Both the position numbers and the translations under genes were made by a program. A model generated the notes under the pieces. That model was not told the DNA's origin. It saw only the letters and a list, made by a program, of their open reading frames with translations, and ran no database searches. From positions 1-64,000 of the IMG/VR virus record IMGVR_UViG_3300002060_000001: a stretch of DNA of 64,000 bases. One strand, 5' to 3'. This DNA comes from a virus. Shown here piece after piece: positions 32,308 through 41,371 of the stretch; the stretch's first letter is position 1; each line of letters opens with the position of its first letter.

Positions 32308-35300
32308 CTATTTAGGAATAACTTGAATCTTAGCCAATTCCCCATTTGGGGTGGCTGATCTAGTTCCTGATTGAGATTGCTCTTGATATACAACCTTATT
32401 TAAATCAGTGATGTCATTTCCATTATCTTCCTCAAGCCCAAAGCAGCCGAGAGACGCGCTATTTCTTATCGTTCCTGTCCATGTTTTAGAAACAAGCAAA
32501 ACATTTGAAAAGCTATATTGCTGATTTCCCTCACCGTGATTAGGATTTATCCCTAACTGAAAATGAGAGATATTGGTTGTTCCGCCATCAACCCAAGATG
32601 TCCCATCGTGAAACCAGACTCTTACGTTTATTGATCCGAAATATTCAAATGGGCCGCCGCCGCCACCGCCGAAAGGATCACCTTCACTAAATCCAAAAAT
32701 ATCAATATTTCCGCTACCATAAAACTTATAAACATCATTAGAAGCAGCGCTTGTGTTCGCCTTGGCAACCATATGATCTGGCCCCGCAGGAGATGTTGCG
32801 TTTGTGCTTTCCGTGACATTTGTCGGCGTTCCGGGGGACGTTATTTTTAAATCTGCGGTAAATCCGCTCAATGTTTTGTTGATGGCTCTAAGAACATAGC
32901 TCTCTCCAGAGGCTAAATTATCTAACCCCTCGGTGAAAAAGACGACATCATAATCACCAAGATCGAATCCGAAATTGATAGCCGTTCCGTCTGTTTCATA
33001 GAAAAACTCTGACCTTAAGGCCACCTGCCAAAGCGCATTAGATGGGCCGACAAAAATCCCCGCCTGTGCCTCAAGGGTAACATTCGCGCGGATTCTATCC
33101 CCCGTAACCTCAAGTGCGTTTCTATATCCGCCATCAGCAGGAACATATATTGCAAAAAGATCAGCCCCGAATGTTACAGATGAATATTCGACACCCGCAT
33201 TATCAAACGCCTCCATAGAGAAAAAGGCATCCGTTGACCCGACCCCAACTTCTCTAAAGAAACGAGCATATGACCCGTCTGGATTTATAACCACATCCCT
33301 TAATTCCGTGAGGCGCGATGTGGATAATCCGCTTTCGATCTTTAAAGATACCGTGTCAACTTGTCCGCCCACTTCTTGACGTATTACCTCAAAACCCCAC
33401 CTGATAAATTTAATTCCAGGACGGACGGCGATTAGGGCGCTCCCAAGCGCTTCTATCTCTTGAGAGGCTGATCCTGTTGATGTCGAAATAATACTGCCGA
33501 AAAACATTCTTCCGCCAACTGTCGCATAATTTCCATCAAGGGCTATACCGACGATTTGGCACAAAACATTTCCATCTGCCGGAAGCTGATTAACGATAAA
33601 GTCCGCCCGCGCATAAAATGCACTGTCTGGCGATACAGGAAAGACGCCTTTTTGATAACAAGTCGCGGATTGCGTTCTGCGCCAGACCCTACCGTTTGTT
33701 GCATCTTGTATAAAATCACCGCTATTAGCATCTGGCACAGTCGTGGGCGATCCGCCGTTAACATAAGTCCAATCTTCGGGAAATCTGAATGTTGACGGAA
33801 GCGTGTCATACATTCTGGCGTTAAGATTATTATACTGTGAAACACGCGAAGTGGTCTCATCCGAAAGGGATTGAGTTAATGCTGTCACGCTAGTTTCAGA
33901 TGCCGATATTCTTCCCTCAATATCTTCTATTGTTGGGATTAACTGGACACTCTCAATTTCATACCAATCTGGGCCACCCGACCAATTATAGAATGACATT
34001 GTTGCAAATTTTGTCCCCGCCGTAGGGATATAAATATATTCATCTTCTTCAATAGATGAGCCGGGGAACACCCCGTTGCTGACCATATCTTTTATAGAAC
34101 TTCTGCCTTGATGATACGAAAAATCCCCTAAGCCAACATGCGTGAAACCACTTCCAAGAGATGAGTTTCTTTCCTGCATTCTAACATAAAGCCCTACCGG
34201 ATTTGCAGTCGATGCCTTATGTCTAACTATAATTTTATATTTTAATTTATCATCAATCGGGATAGCGGGAAAACCGTAAGCAACATTTGTGTCAGGCGCG
34301 CCCCTTATTCCTAGAGTTCCTGTAGGAGAAAGATATATTTGACTTCTATTATTAATGCTTTCGACGCCCTCTATACCTGCAGGCTTGCCATCTTCAGCAA
34401 TTTCAGAAAAATTCCAATTATATAGAACCTGACTAGAGGCGCCTGAAATCGTATCAAATCTTGTCCGCAAAGAATCTGTATCTGATATTCTGGCTGATTG
34501 TTCATCCGCGACTGCAACCAAAGATGATTGAGCCAAAGCGTTCGCCTCAAAAGCGTCTGTGACATCTGTCATCAACCATTCGCTAATAAGAACTTCTGCG
34601 TCATTTGTTGATCCGGCTAGACATTTTAGCGCAGGACGAAAAAATTCACCTAAAACGGCTGTCGCGGATAAATCCCAAACACCCGCATCATGTTCAAAAA
34701 CACCCAAAGACGTACCTACGAAATTTGCTAATCCGAACCCAACCCTGCCTCCTGCGCTAGAATAATCACCATTATATCTATTGCCAATAAATTCAATTAT
34801 AGCGTCTCCGTTCTGACTAAGCTTTACGACCTTGCCTTTTATTTTAACGGATATTTTTCTTGTTTGACTGGATTGAATGTAATTTTCAGGAGCATCTGCT
34901 CTATATAAATTTGCCCCGCCGCCGCCGAGAGGCCCAAGGGCTCTCCATGCGTTCCCGATATCTGGATCAACGACAAACTGTGATTGAGGAGGCTCCCAAA
35001 AAACAGGATCATAAAACACTCTGGAATGACCCAAATCGCCTTGAGCGTTTTGAATATTAGCGGTTAATTTTGTATCTAAAGATGATCTGGCACTAGCGGC
35101 GTCAGCCTCAACCGTATCAACCCTACTATTGCTTGCCTTTGTCGAAATATCAGATTCGGCGGTTGTCACGCGAACCTCAAGATTTTGTAAATCCGTTACA
35201 TTGGCTTTCCCTGTTTCAACATTCGCCACACGGCTATCAAGAGCCGTGAAGTTTGTTTCATTTGTTCCTATCCGGCCATCAAGGGCAGTTATATCCGCAA

Positions 35301-38300
35301 CCCTAAGAGCATTATCCGCCGCCTGAACTTGCTGTAAAGTTGTTAAACTACCATCAATATCTTGTAGCCTTATAAGTCCAGACGAATAATCTAAATCCCA
35401 GTTATATAATCTAACTTCACCGCCATCAGCTATGGCCGACCCTCTTAAGACTTCCACGCCGAATCTTAAATATTTCATATCTGGCTTGGCTAGTTTTAGC
35501 GCCGCCATATTAGCGGGTGTAAGATAAAGCTTTAATTGAAAAGGCCCAACACTGGGCTGTATTACTCTGGCCCGAACATCATATCCGGCCATGAATATAC
35601 GTCCGGCTATTACGGAGCCAGTTTCATCAATAGCTATACCCATTATTTGGCAATACGCACTCCCCGGAACCTCTCCGTTTGTCGGAACGCTAACAACTTC
35701 ACCATTAAATGAAACTGATACTGGCTGATCTTCCGAGAAAGGAATTATCCGCTTTTCATATACCGTGCCCGTGTCATATGTCCCCGCATGATCGCCATAG
35801 TTTGTATTTGTGAGGTTGAAATCCCAATCGTTTCCGATGTCTGTCCCGTCTTGATTTCCCCATTCTTCACGAATGAGAAAGTCAGTCGGGCCGCGGTTTC
35901 CAATTCTAACACTAAGACTGCCTATGGCCTGTGATCTTGTTAATGCCTCTGTAGATATGGCGCTATCAACGTAAGTTATGTTTGCCTTACCGCTTATGTC
36001 CGTTTCTAAAGTTCCGACACGGCTATCAATAGAGGTGATATTTCCCTGCGCTGTAGTGATGTCTGATTGCGCCGCAGAGATTAAACCATTTGCTGTATTT
36101 ATTTGCGCTTGAAGGTTTGCTGAAGCTGCAGATAAATTTTGTTGAGTTTGGGTTTCAAGCGCCGTGAGATCGCTATCTATCTGGGCTAAGTTAGCCGTCA
36201 AAGTAATTAAATTTTGTTCTGACTGCGTGATGGCTGTCTGGGCCGCAGGGTCTAAGTCCTGAAGGCTTAGGGGCCGCCCTATAGTTCTATCCCACAAAGG
36301 GCTTGCTAAATTACTAGGCAAAACAGTAATGGCCGCCGGATTAGATGACCTAACATCCATATATGCTGTTCTTACAAAATAAGAACCCGCATCTGTAATA
36401 ATCTGTTCACGCCTAGATGATTGACCTATTAAAACAGCCCCCGGAATATCCGTCGGAACCCCTTTAAATATTTCATATTTAAATGGTCTGACATCCGCCG
36501 GAATATCCCACTGAAGCCAGGTTTGCATAGATTCGTTGTCCGATTGAACAGTTAGGTTAGTAACCTCTGGAAGCGCTTGCGTGCCCGCAACAAGAGAGAA
36601 TGACTGCTCTGTCCATCCACCCGTTCTATTCAAACTATCAACAGGGCGAACTCTGACGTTTAGATCACCAGATGAAATAGCAACAAAGTCACGTCCATTT
36701 TCATCATTTCCATCAAGCCGGGTGTAACCTTCCGAATCCTCACTTCTGACCTCAACGTCATATCTTGAAACTCTCGGATCAGGCGAAAGACCCCAACTTA
36801 TCCGCACTGACGGGACACTGCTATCGCCGTCAATCTTTTGAAACTCAAGAATAGAGATTGACCCGTCTGGAACTTCCACAAGCGCACCTGACGGCAAATC
36901 TGTATATGTTTCGGGTTCAATATTTATATCAAGTTCAACGCGCGCATAACTGTTTGGATCGTGAGACTCTGCGCGCAAGAGACTTCCCATTTCGCGGTCA
37001 TCTGCCCCCTGAACACGGAATTGACGCAAGGAAATCTGATCACTTTCAAGTCCCCATATGCCATCAACGACAGGAACAGCGCTTAAGGGACTGTCGACTG
37101 ACAAAACGCTATGATGATCTTCACCATCAACCTGAACAACCGTGTTCCCCGTTACGGTTCTTATTTCCGTCGAACCGTCAGGCATAATGACATTGATTGT
37201 GAAAGTTGCTCCCGTTGTCGTGACAACACGGTCAAGAGTTAAGGATGTGGTTGTTGCGGCGGCCAAGCGTCCGCCCATACTATTAACTGTATAGCGATCA
37301 TCGTGAACCTTTACGATACGCCCGACACCCGTGAAATCTTGATCAGGTCCGACAGGGATATTAGCGTTACGGCCTTTAGAAGCTTGATCTTCAAGTTCCC
37401 ACCGAGCCATACGGACAGCCTGACCGACAGAGGGAGCGCCCCAAGCGGTGACTTCCTTTGTCTCAAATCCTATTTTCTGAATGAGATCATTGTCAGGCTC
37501 AATGTGAGGCGTCAAATTATACCCGTCCTCAATATTATTCCACCAGACGATAACTGCACTAAACTGATCCGCCGACTCTTTCTCATCATATGAGATTCTA
37601 TCCTCACCAGTGTTTGCCGGAACAATAATAGGTTTATTTTCATCAAGTTCAGGGCGATCCTGCGTAACGGTCAGGCCGTCACTTCCCCAGAAAACCGCAC
37701 CGCGAAATACTGACGCAACCATATTGAAAAGCTTAATCGCTTGAGCTCTTGTTTGAATAACAGCCGAAAGGCGATAGCGGGCTTCCATTCCGCCCTTGCC
37801 GTCAGGAACTTGTTCAGCGCAATATTTTGACGCCTCATAGAAAGACCAAGGATCAACGCGGCCCTGCGTAAGCTGTCCGGCCCCATAAAAATCATTCGTC
37901 GCTAAGTCATAAAGACACCACGCGGGGCAGTCAGAATATACAGTCTTGAATGTCCCGTCCCACTGGCCCGTATAGGTACGCGCGACAGGGTCAAAGTTCG
38001 TCGGAACTTTAATGTGAACGCCGCGCCAGTGATAAGAGCGCTTTTTAACCTGACTGCCAAGCTGTTTAAGATTAACCGTCAGTCCGACGTGAGCAACGCC
38101 GGGCCAGTTCAGTTTGACATCCGTGACCTCTGTCACGAAATCAAGATAGGTATCGTCTTGAATATTGGCCGCAGGAGTGTCGCCTGAATTTCGCGTGACA
38201 CGAATATCCCAAGGAGCACCGCCTGCCGGAAGGTTTACCGCATAGTCTCTCTGATAAGCAGATGTGCATTTCCCGCTAAAATAAGCATTACGCGCGCCCG

Positions 38301-39372
38301 TAAAAATACTGGTATAACCGCCACCATCTGACTGAAGTTCAATATCGCATTCGACTTGATGATATTTCAGATCTCCGTTTGTGGCATCTTGTTTATATAG
38401 AGACTGCAAGCGAAGTGTTACGCGCGCGCTATCTGTGTCCTCATCTGTAATTGTGTGAACAATGGGGCCACCCGCTTGACTGATTTGGATGCCCTTATTG
38501 ATTGTCGCCTCTTGACCCGGAAAACCCTCAATATAGGACTGGTTCTCGTCACCGTTTCTGACATCAATGGCAAAGCCCGGAAAGTTTAGGGAGCCATCAT
38601 CATTTTGAACAGCCGTTCCGTCAAGCGCAACGGATTTAAGACCGTCCACAAGACCCTCATTGTGTCCGACGCCGATAACCTCGATAGTTCTGACAATAGC
38701 GTTTGACTGCAGTGTGTTGGGGTCTTCTTGAGCCGCGCGCGCTTGCCCGCCGCCGCTTTTACCGCCTTTGTTTAAAGAGGCCCATCCCTCTGTCCAGTAA
38801 CGCCGCCCGCCGGGGCCAACATCATAGCCGTCTGTTCCATTGCCAGTACCGAAGCCGCTGACAGGTTGATCAACTATTTGAACACCTGACGAAACAACAA
38901 CGGAACCCGTCACGACTTCCCCGTAAATTACAGGGCCGACGTGACCTTGAGCAATACGGTTGGCGGCACGGTCAGCAATAGCAGAAGCGCGCTCATCTGT
39001 GGATTCCCTGTCATTAGGGTCAGGCGCATCTGGAACAGGAATAGCGAGCGCAATCGTGACCGCGGCGGCTGAAACAACAAGGGCCCCGATAAGGATAGCC
39101 GCGCCGATTTCAATACCTGCAACAGAACCCACGGGGCCGATGTGCATTGTGTCCGCCCGCCCGAACGGAAAACGGAAAGTCCGGATGTCAGCCGGACGAG
39201 TACGCCCCTTGCGAGACGTGAAAAACTCCCACCGACCTGTCTTGAGACGATAGTTAAACATCGGAAAATTCGCCTGTAGGGCGCGGACCGCCTCTGCGGG
39301 GGATTTAACGTCAAACTTATGAGTTTTCCCAAACTCTTTCGCTAAAGCGCCATATAATCGGATGGTTTTCAA
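32308..39372 (-). CDS. Central tail fibre / host-specificity protein: gpI-like N-terminus fused to a gpJ-like core and a long modular C-terminal fibre
   Basis: 2354 aa. The N-terminal MKTIRLYGALAKEFGKTHKFDVKSPAEAVRALQANFP is gpI-like. QGHVGPVIYG and NDFYGAGQ...YCAEQVPDGKGGMEARYRLSAVI...LFNMVASVFRGAVFW are gpJ-like. The C-terminal approximately 1350 aa contain coiled coils and repeated beta-sandwich modules. Confidence 0.9.
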   Translation of the reverse strand: MKTIRLYGALAKEFGKTHKFDVKSPAEAVRALQANFPMFNYRLKTGRWEFFTSRKGRTRPADIRTFRFPFGRADTMHIGPVGSVAGIEIGAAILIGALVVSAAAVTIALAIPVPDAPDPNDRESTDERASAIADRAANRIAQGHVGPVIYGEVVTGSVVVSSGVQIVDQPVSGFGTGNGTDGYDVGPGGRRYWTEGWASLNKGGKSGGGQARAAQEDPNTLQSNAIVRTIEVIGVGHNEGLVDGLKSVALDGTAVQNDDGSLNFPGFAIDVRNGDENQSYIEGFPGQEATINKGIQISQAGGPIVHTITDEDTDSARVTLRLQSLYKQDATNGDLKYHQVECDIELQSDGGGYTSIFTGARNAYFSGKCTSAYQRDYAVNLPAGGAPWDIRVTRNSGDTPAANIQDDTYLDFVTEVTDVKLNWPGVAHVGLTVNLKQLGSQVKKRSYHWRGVHIKVPTNFDPVARTYTGQWDGTFKTVYSDCPAWCLYDLATNDFYGAGQLTQGRVDPWSFYEASKYCAEQVPDGKGGMEARYRLSAVIQTRAQAIKLFNMVASVFRGAVFWGSDGLTVTQDRPELDENKPIIVPANTGEDRISYDEKESADQFSAVIVWWNNIEDGYNLTPHIEPDNDLIQKIGFETKEVTAWGAPSVGQAVRMARWELEDQASKGRNANIPVGPDQDFTGVGRIVKVHDDRYTVNSMGGRLAAATTTSLTLDRVVTTTGATFTINVIMPDGSTEIRTVTGNTVVQVDGEDHHSVLSVDSPLSAVPVVDGIWGLESDQISLRQFRVQGADDREMGSLLRAESHDPNSYARVELDINIEPETYTDLPSGALVEVPDGSISILEFQKIDGDSSVPSVRISWGLSPDPRVSRYDVEVRSEDSEGYTRLDGNDENGRDFVAISSGDLNVRVRPVDSLNRTGGWTEQSFSLVAGTQALPEVTNLTVQSDNESMQTWLQWDIPADVRPFKYEIFKGVPTDIPGAVLIGQSSRREQIITDAGSYFVRTAYMDVRSSNPAAITVLPSNLASPLWDRTIGRPLSLQDLDPAAQTAITQSEQNLITLTANLAQIDSDLTALETQTQQNLSAASANLQAQINTANGLISAAQSDITTAQGNITSIDSRVGTLETDISGKANITYVDSAISTEALTRSQAIGSLSVRIGNRGPTDFLIREEWGNQDGTDIGNDWDFNLTNTNYGDHAGTYDTGTVYEKRIIPFSEDQPVSVSFNGEVVSVPTNGEVPGSAYCQIMGIAIDETGSVIAGRIFMAGYDVRARVIQPSVGPFQLKLYLTPANMAALKLAKPDMKYLRFGVEVLRGSAIADGGEVRLYNWDLDYSSGLIRLQDIDGSLTTLQQVQAADNALRVADITALDGRIGTNETNFTALDSRVANVETGKANVTDLQNLEVRVTTAESDISTKASNSRVDTVEADAASARSSLDTKLTANIQNAQGDLGHSRVFYDPVFWEPPQSQFVVDPDIGNAWRALGPLGGGGANLYRADAPENYIQSSQTRKISVKIKGKVVKLSQNGDAIIEFIGNRYNGDYSSAGGRVGFGLANFVGTSLGVFEHDAGVWDLSATAVLGEFFRPALKCLAGSTNDAEVLISEWLMTDVTDAFEANALAQSSLVAVADEQSARISDTDSLRTRFDTISGASSQVLYNWNFSEIAEDGKPAGIEGVESINNRSQIYLSPTGTLGIRGAPDTNVAYGFPAIPIDDKLKYKIIVRHKASTANPVGLYVRMQERNSSLGSGFTHVGLGDFSYHQGRSSIKDMVSNGVFPGSSIEEDEYIYIPTAGTKFATMSFYNWSGGPDWYEIESVQLIPTIEDIEGRISASETSVTALTQSLSDETTSRVSQYNNLNARMYDTLPSTFRFPEDWTYVNGGSPTTVPDANSGDFIQDATNGRVWRRTQSATCYQKGVFPVSPDSAFYARADFIVNQLPADGNVLCQIVGIALDGNYATVGGRMFFGSIISTSTGSASQEIEALGSALIAVRPGIKFIRWGFEVIRQEVGGQVDTVSLKIESGLSTSRLTELRDVVINPDGSYARFFREVGVGSTDAFFSMEAFDNAGVEYSSVTFGADLFAIYVPADGGYRNALEVTGDRIRANVTLEAQAGIFVGPSNALWQVALRSEFFYETDGTAINFGFDLGDYDVVFFTEGLDNLASGESYVLRAINKTLSGFTADLKITSPGTPTNVTESTNATSPAGPDHMVAKANTSAASNDVYKFYGSGNIDIFGFSEGDPFGGGGGGPFEYFGSINVRVWFHDGTSWVDGGTTNISHFQLGINPNHGEGNQQYSFSNVLLVSKTWTGTIRNSASLGCFGLEEDNGNDITDLNKVVYQEQSQSGTRSATPNGELAKIQVIPK

Positions 39373-39449
39373 AGTATAGCTCCAAGGCTCATCACAGTTG
39401 ATGAGTTTATCCTGTAGCGTAAACCGTTAATCGCGGCAATGCAGGGATG

Positions 39450-40262
39450 TTAAAGATGAATAATAGACGAATGACTAGGATCAGGACGAACAAATATAGG
39501 GTCATATTTAAGCCACCTATGAATTGTTTCAATTTTAGCCTTTGACCTTGGGGCATAGGGTTCACGGGCTGTCGGGTGATGATAAAACAAATCATTCCCC
39601 TCATAGACCCCCGCGTGATTGTGAGTTTCAGAGCGTATTTTAAAAAGAACACCGTCCCCCCGTTGAACATCCGCAGCGTCAACGCGCCGGAATCCTGCTT
39701 TCTCAAATCCCTCAAGATATAGATTTTGATTGAGTTTTTTTCCCCACCATTCCCAGTCACGGACAAATTGAGCAATAAGGTAGCGATAGCCGTCTGTTTT
39801 AAGATACCAGTCCCTAATCCCCTCATAGCAGTCCGTTATCCCGTGTTGAAAGCCGCGGTCTATCAGGTCAGGGCGTTCAAGTTGATCCCCCCATAGCGCA
39901 ACCCGTGACGCGGCCCTGCGATAAACACCCAGAACGCCGAACGGGACATCCATATCAATTTGCGACTGCATATCGGGCGCGGACGGACAGAAGGGCGCGT
40001 CGGGGTGGCTATGAATAAGCGCATCAATCTCGTCATTCATCATTAAGCGCTGAAATGTCTCTTTGTCAGGAATAGCCACCTTTTTGGGGTCAAGGAATCC
40101 GCCCTCACCGTCAGGAACGCGGGACGCTATATTCTCAAGCGGGATATAACGATTTCCTGATATGACGCCGATTGACTCTTCCGGGTATCGTTCAACGGCA
40201 TCACGCCGGATAGCGTCCTCAATTTCGCGTGGCATGAGGTCAGTGCGCTTGATAAGCCTCAT
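39450..40262 (-). CDS. Tail tip protein K-like (JAB/MPN plus NlpC/P60)
   Basis: JAMM motif ALIHSHPDAPFCPSAPDM, then the NlpC/P60 Cys motif GITDCYEGIRDWY and HNHAGVY. Confidence 0.85.
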   Translation of the reverse strand: MRLIKRTDLMPREIEDAIRRDAVERYPEESIGVISGNRYIPLENIASRVPDGEGGFLDPKKVAIPDKETFQRLMMNDEIDALIHSHPDAPFCPSAPDMQSQIDMDVPFGVLGVYRRAASRVALWGDQLERPDLIDRGFQHGITDCYEGIRDWYLKTDGYRYLIAQFVRDWEWWGKKLNQNLYLEGFEKAGFRRVDAADVQRGDGVLFKIRSETHNHAGVYEGNDLFYHHPTAREPYAPRSKAKIETIHRWLKYDPIFVRPDPSHSSIIHL

Positions 40263-41014
40263 TAGCGTAACCGGACGCGCTCAAGCCCTGGAAAGGCCAG
40301 AAACGGCAGAACAGCATTCTGCCCGAACCTATCTTTGCAATTACGCAAGAAAAATCCGCATCTATCCTCTGATTTGGCCGTGACGACATTGCCCTCAACA
40401 TCAAAATAATCTGTTCCGGCATAAGGACAGGAGACTTTCTCATAATTGAAGCTATCCGTAGCCGCGTTATAGGTTCTATAGGTGTGCTGACAATTTTCAC
40501 GGATAAGCACAATACGGGGAATTTTAGAGTTCGGGCGATCGATGGGCGTTCTCAATTCCCACTGAATGACCTCAACGCCCTCAATCTCACCCTCAAGGGA
40601 TATTCTGTTGACCTCATAATAATCAATGGGTTCATGCTGATTCCCGTCCGCGTCAGGGTTTGGGGTTGTCCCATCGGCAAGGAAATCAAGATAAACCGCA
40701 TAGGTCTGAATACGCTTAAACGGTGCGCGCCTGAACCCATCACAAGACTGGACAAATGGGGTGAAAACACGATTGACGTTAGCGACGCCCCATAGGGGCC
40801 GCGGCAATGTTGTCCCGCCTTGTTTCCATCCGGATGTCTTTAGGGGCCAAGGTGAATAAACATTTCCGTCAAAACTGACGCTTTGTGCGCCCTCATCACC
40901 CAGATAGAGACGGACATATCCTTGATTCCATTGAGTTAGGTCAATTTCATAAAGCGTGATGTCCTCACCTAAGTCTAGGCTCTGAACGTGTTCTCTGATA
41001 GGCGGATGTGGCAT
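40262..41014 (-). CDS. Minor tail protein L-like
   Basis: Position between M-like and K-like genes. ITLYEIDLT...VRLY and a C-terminal four-Cys cluster (ENCQH, SCPY, RCGFFLRNC) as in Fe-S-binding gpL. Confidence 0.7.
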   Translation of the reverse strand: MPHPPIREHVQSLDLGEDITLYEIDLTQWNQGYVRLYLGDEGAQSVSFDGNVYSPWPLKTSGWKQGGTTLPRPLWGVANVNRVFTPFVQSCDGFRRAPFKRIQTYAVYLDFLADGTTPNPDADGNQHEPIDYYEVNRISLEGEIEGVEVIQWELRTPIDRPNSKIPRIVLIRENCQHTYRTYNAATDSFNYEKVSCPYAGTDYFDVEGNVVTAKSEDRCGFFLRNCKDRFGQNAVLPFLAFPGLERVRLR

Positions 41015-41371
41015 TTAAGACCCATTTCGGAAATCTTGACCCATTTGAACCTGAACTGATCCGGTGTCGAATGAATCCTCTGGATAATCAATTCCCAGAG
41101 TAGAGCCGATGACACGGAATTTCAATGGGGCTGTTTTCCCCGGCGGCGTCCAGTTCACAGCCCCTCCCGCAAGGGTATCAAAAAAGTCCTCAATTATATT
41201 GGTTTGATCCCACGTCAGTTGGTTCCACGTCCAGACCCAAGTCTGTTTTTTGGCGTTCTGACCCTTTGACCCTGTCGCGGCATAGCGTTCCGCATAACGA
41301 AATTCCTTTAGCCCCAAGTCTTTAACAAGACGAGCGGATGAAAGTTGAATATCTGGAAATGCTATAGCCAT
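41015..41371 (-). CDS. Minor tail protein M-like
   Basis: 118 aa, directly after the tape measure. The call is mainly positional. Confidence 0.5.
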   Translation of the reverse strand: MAIAFPDIQLSSARLVKDLGLKEFRYAERYAATGSKGQNAKKQTWVWTWNQLTWDQTNIIEDFFDTLAGGAVNWTPPGKTAPLKFRVIGSTLGIDYPEDSFDTGSVQVQMGQDFRNGS

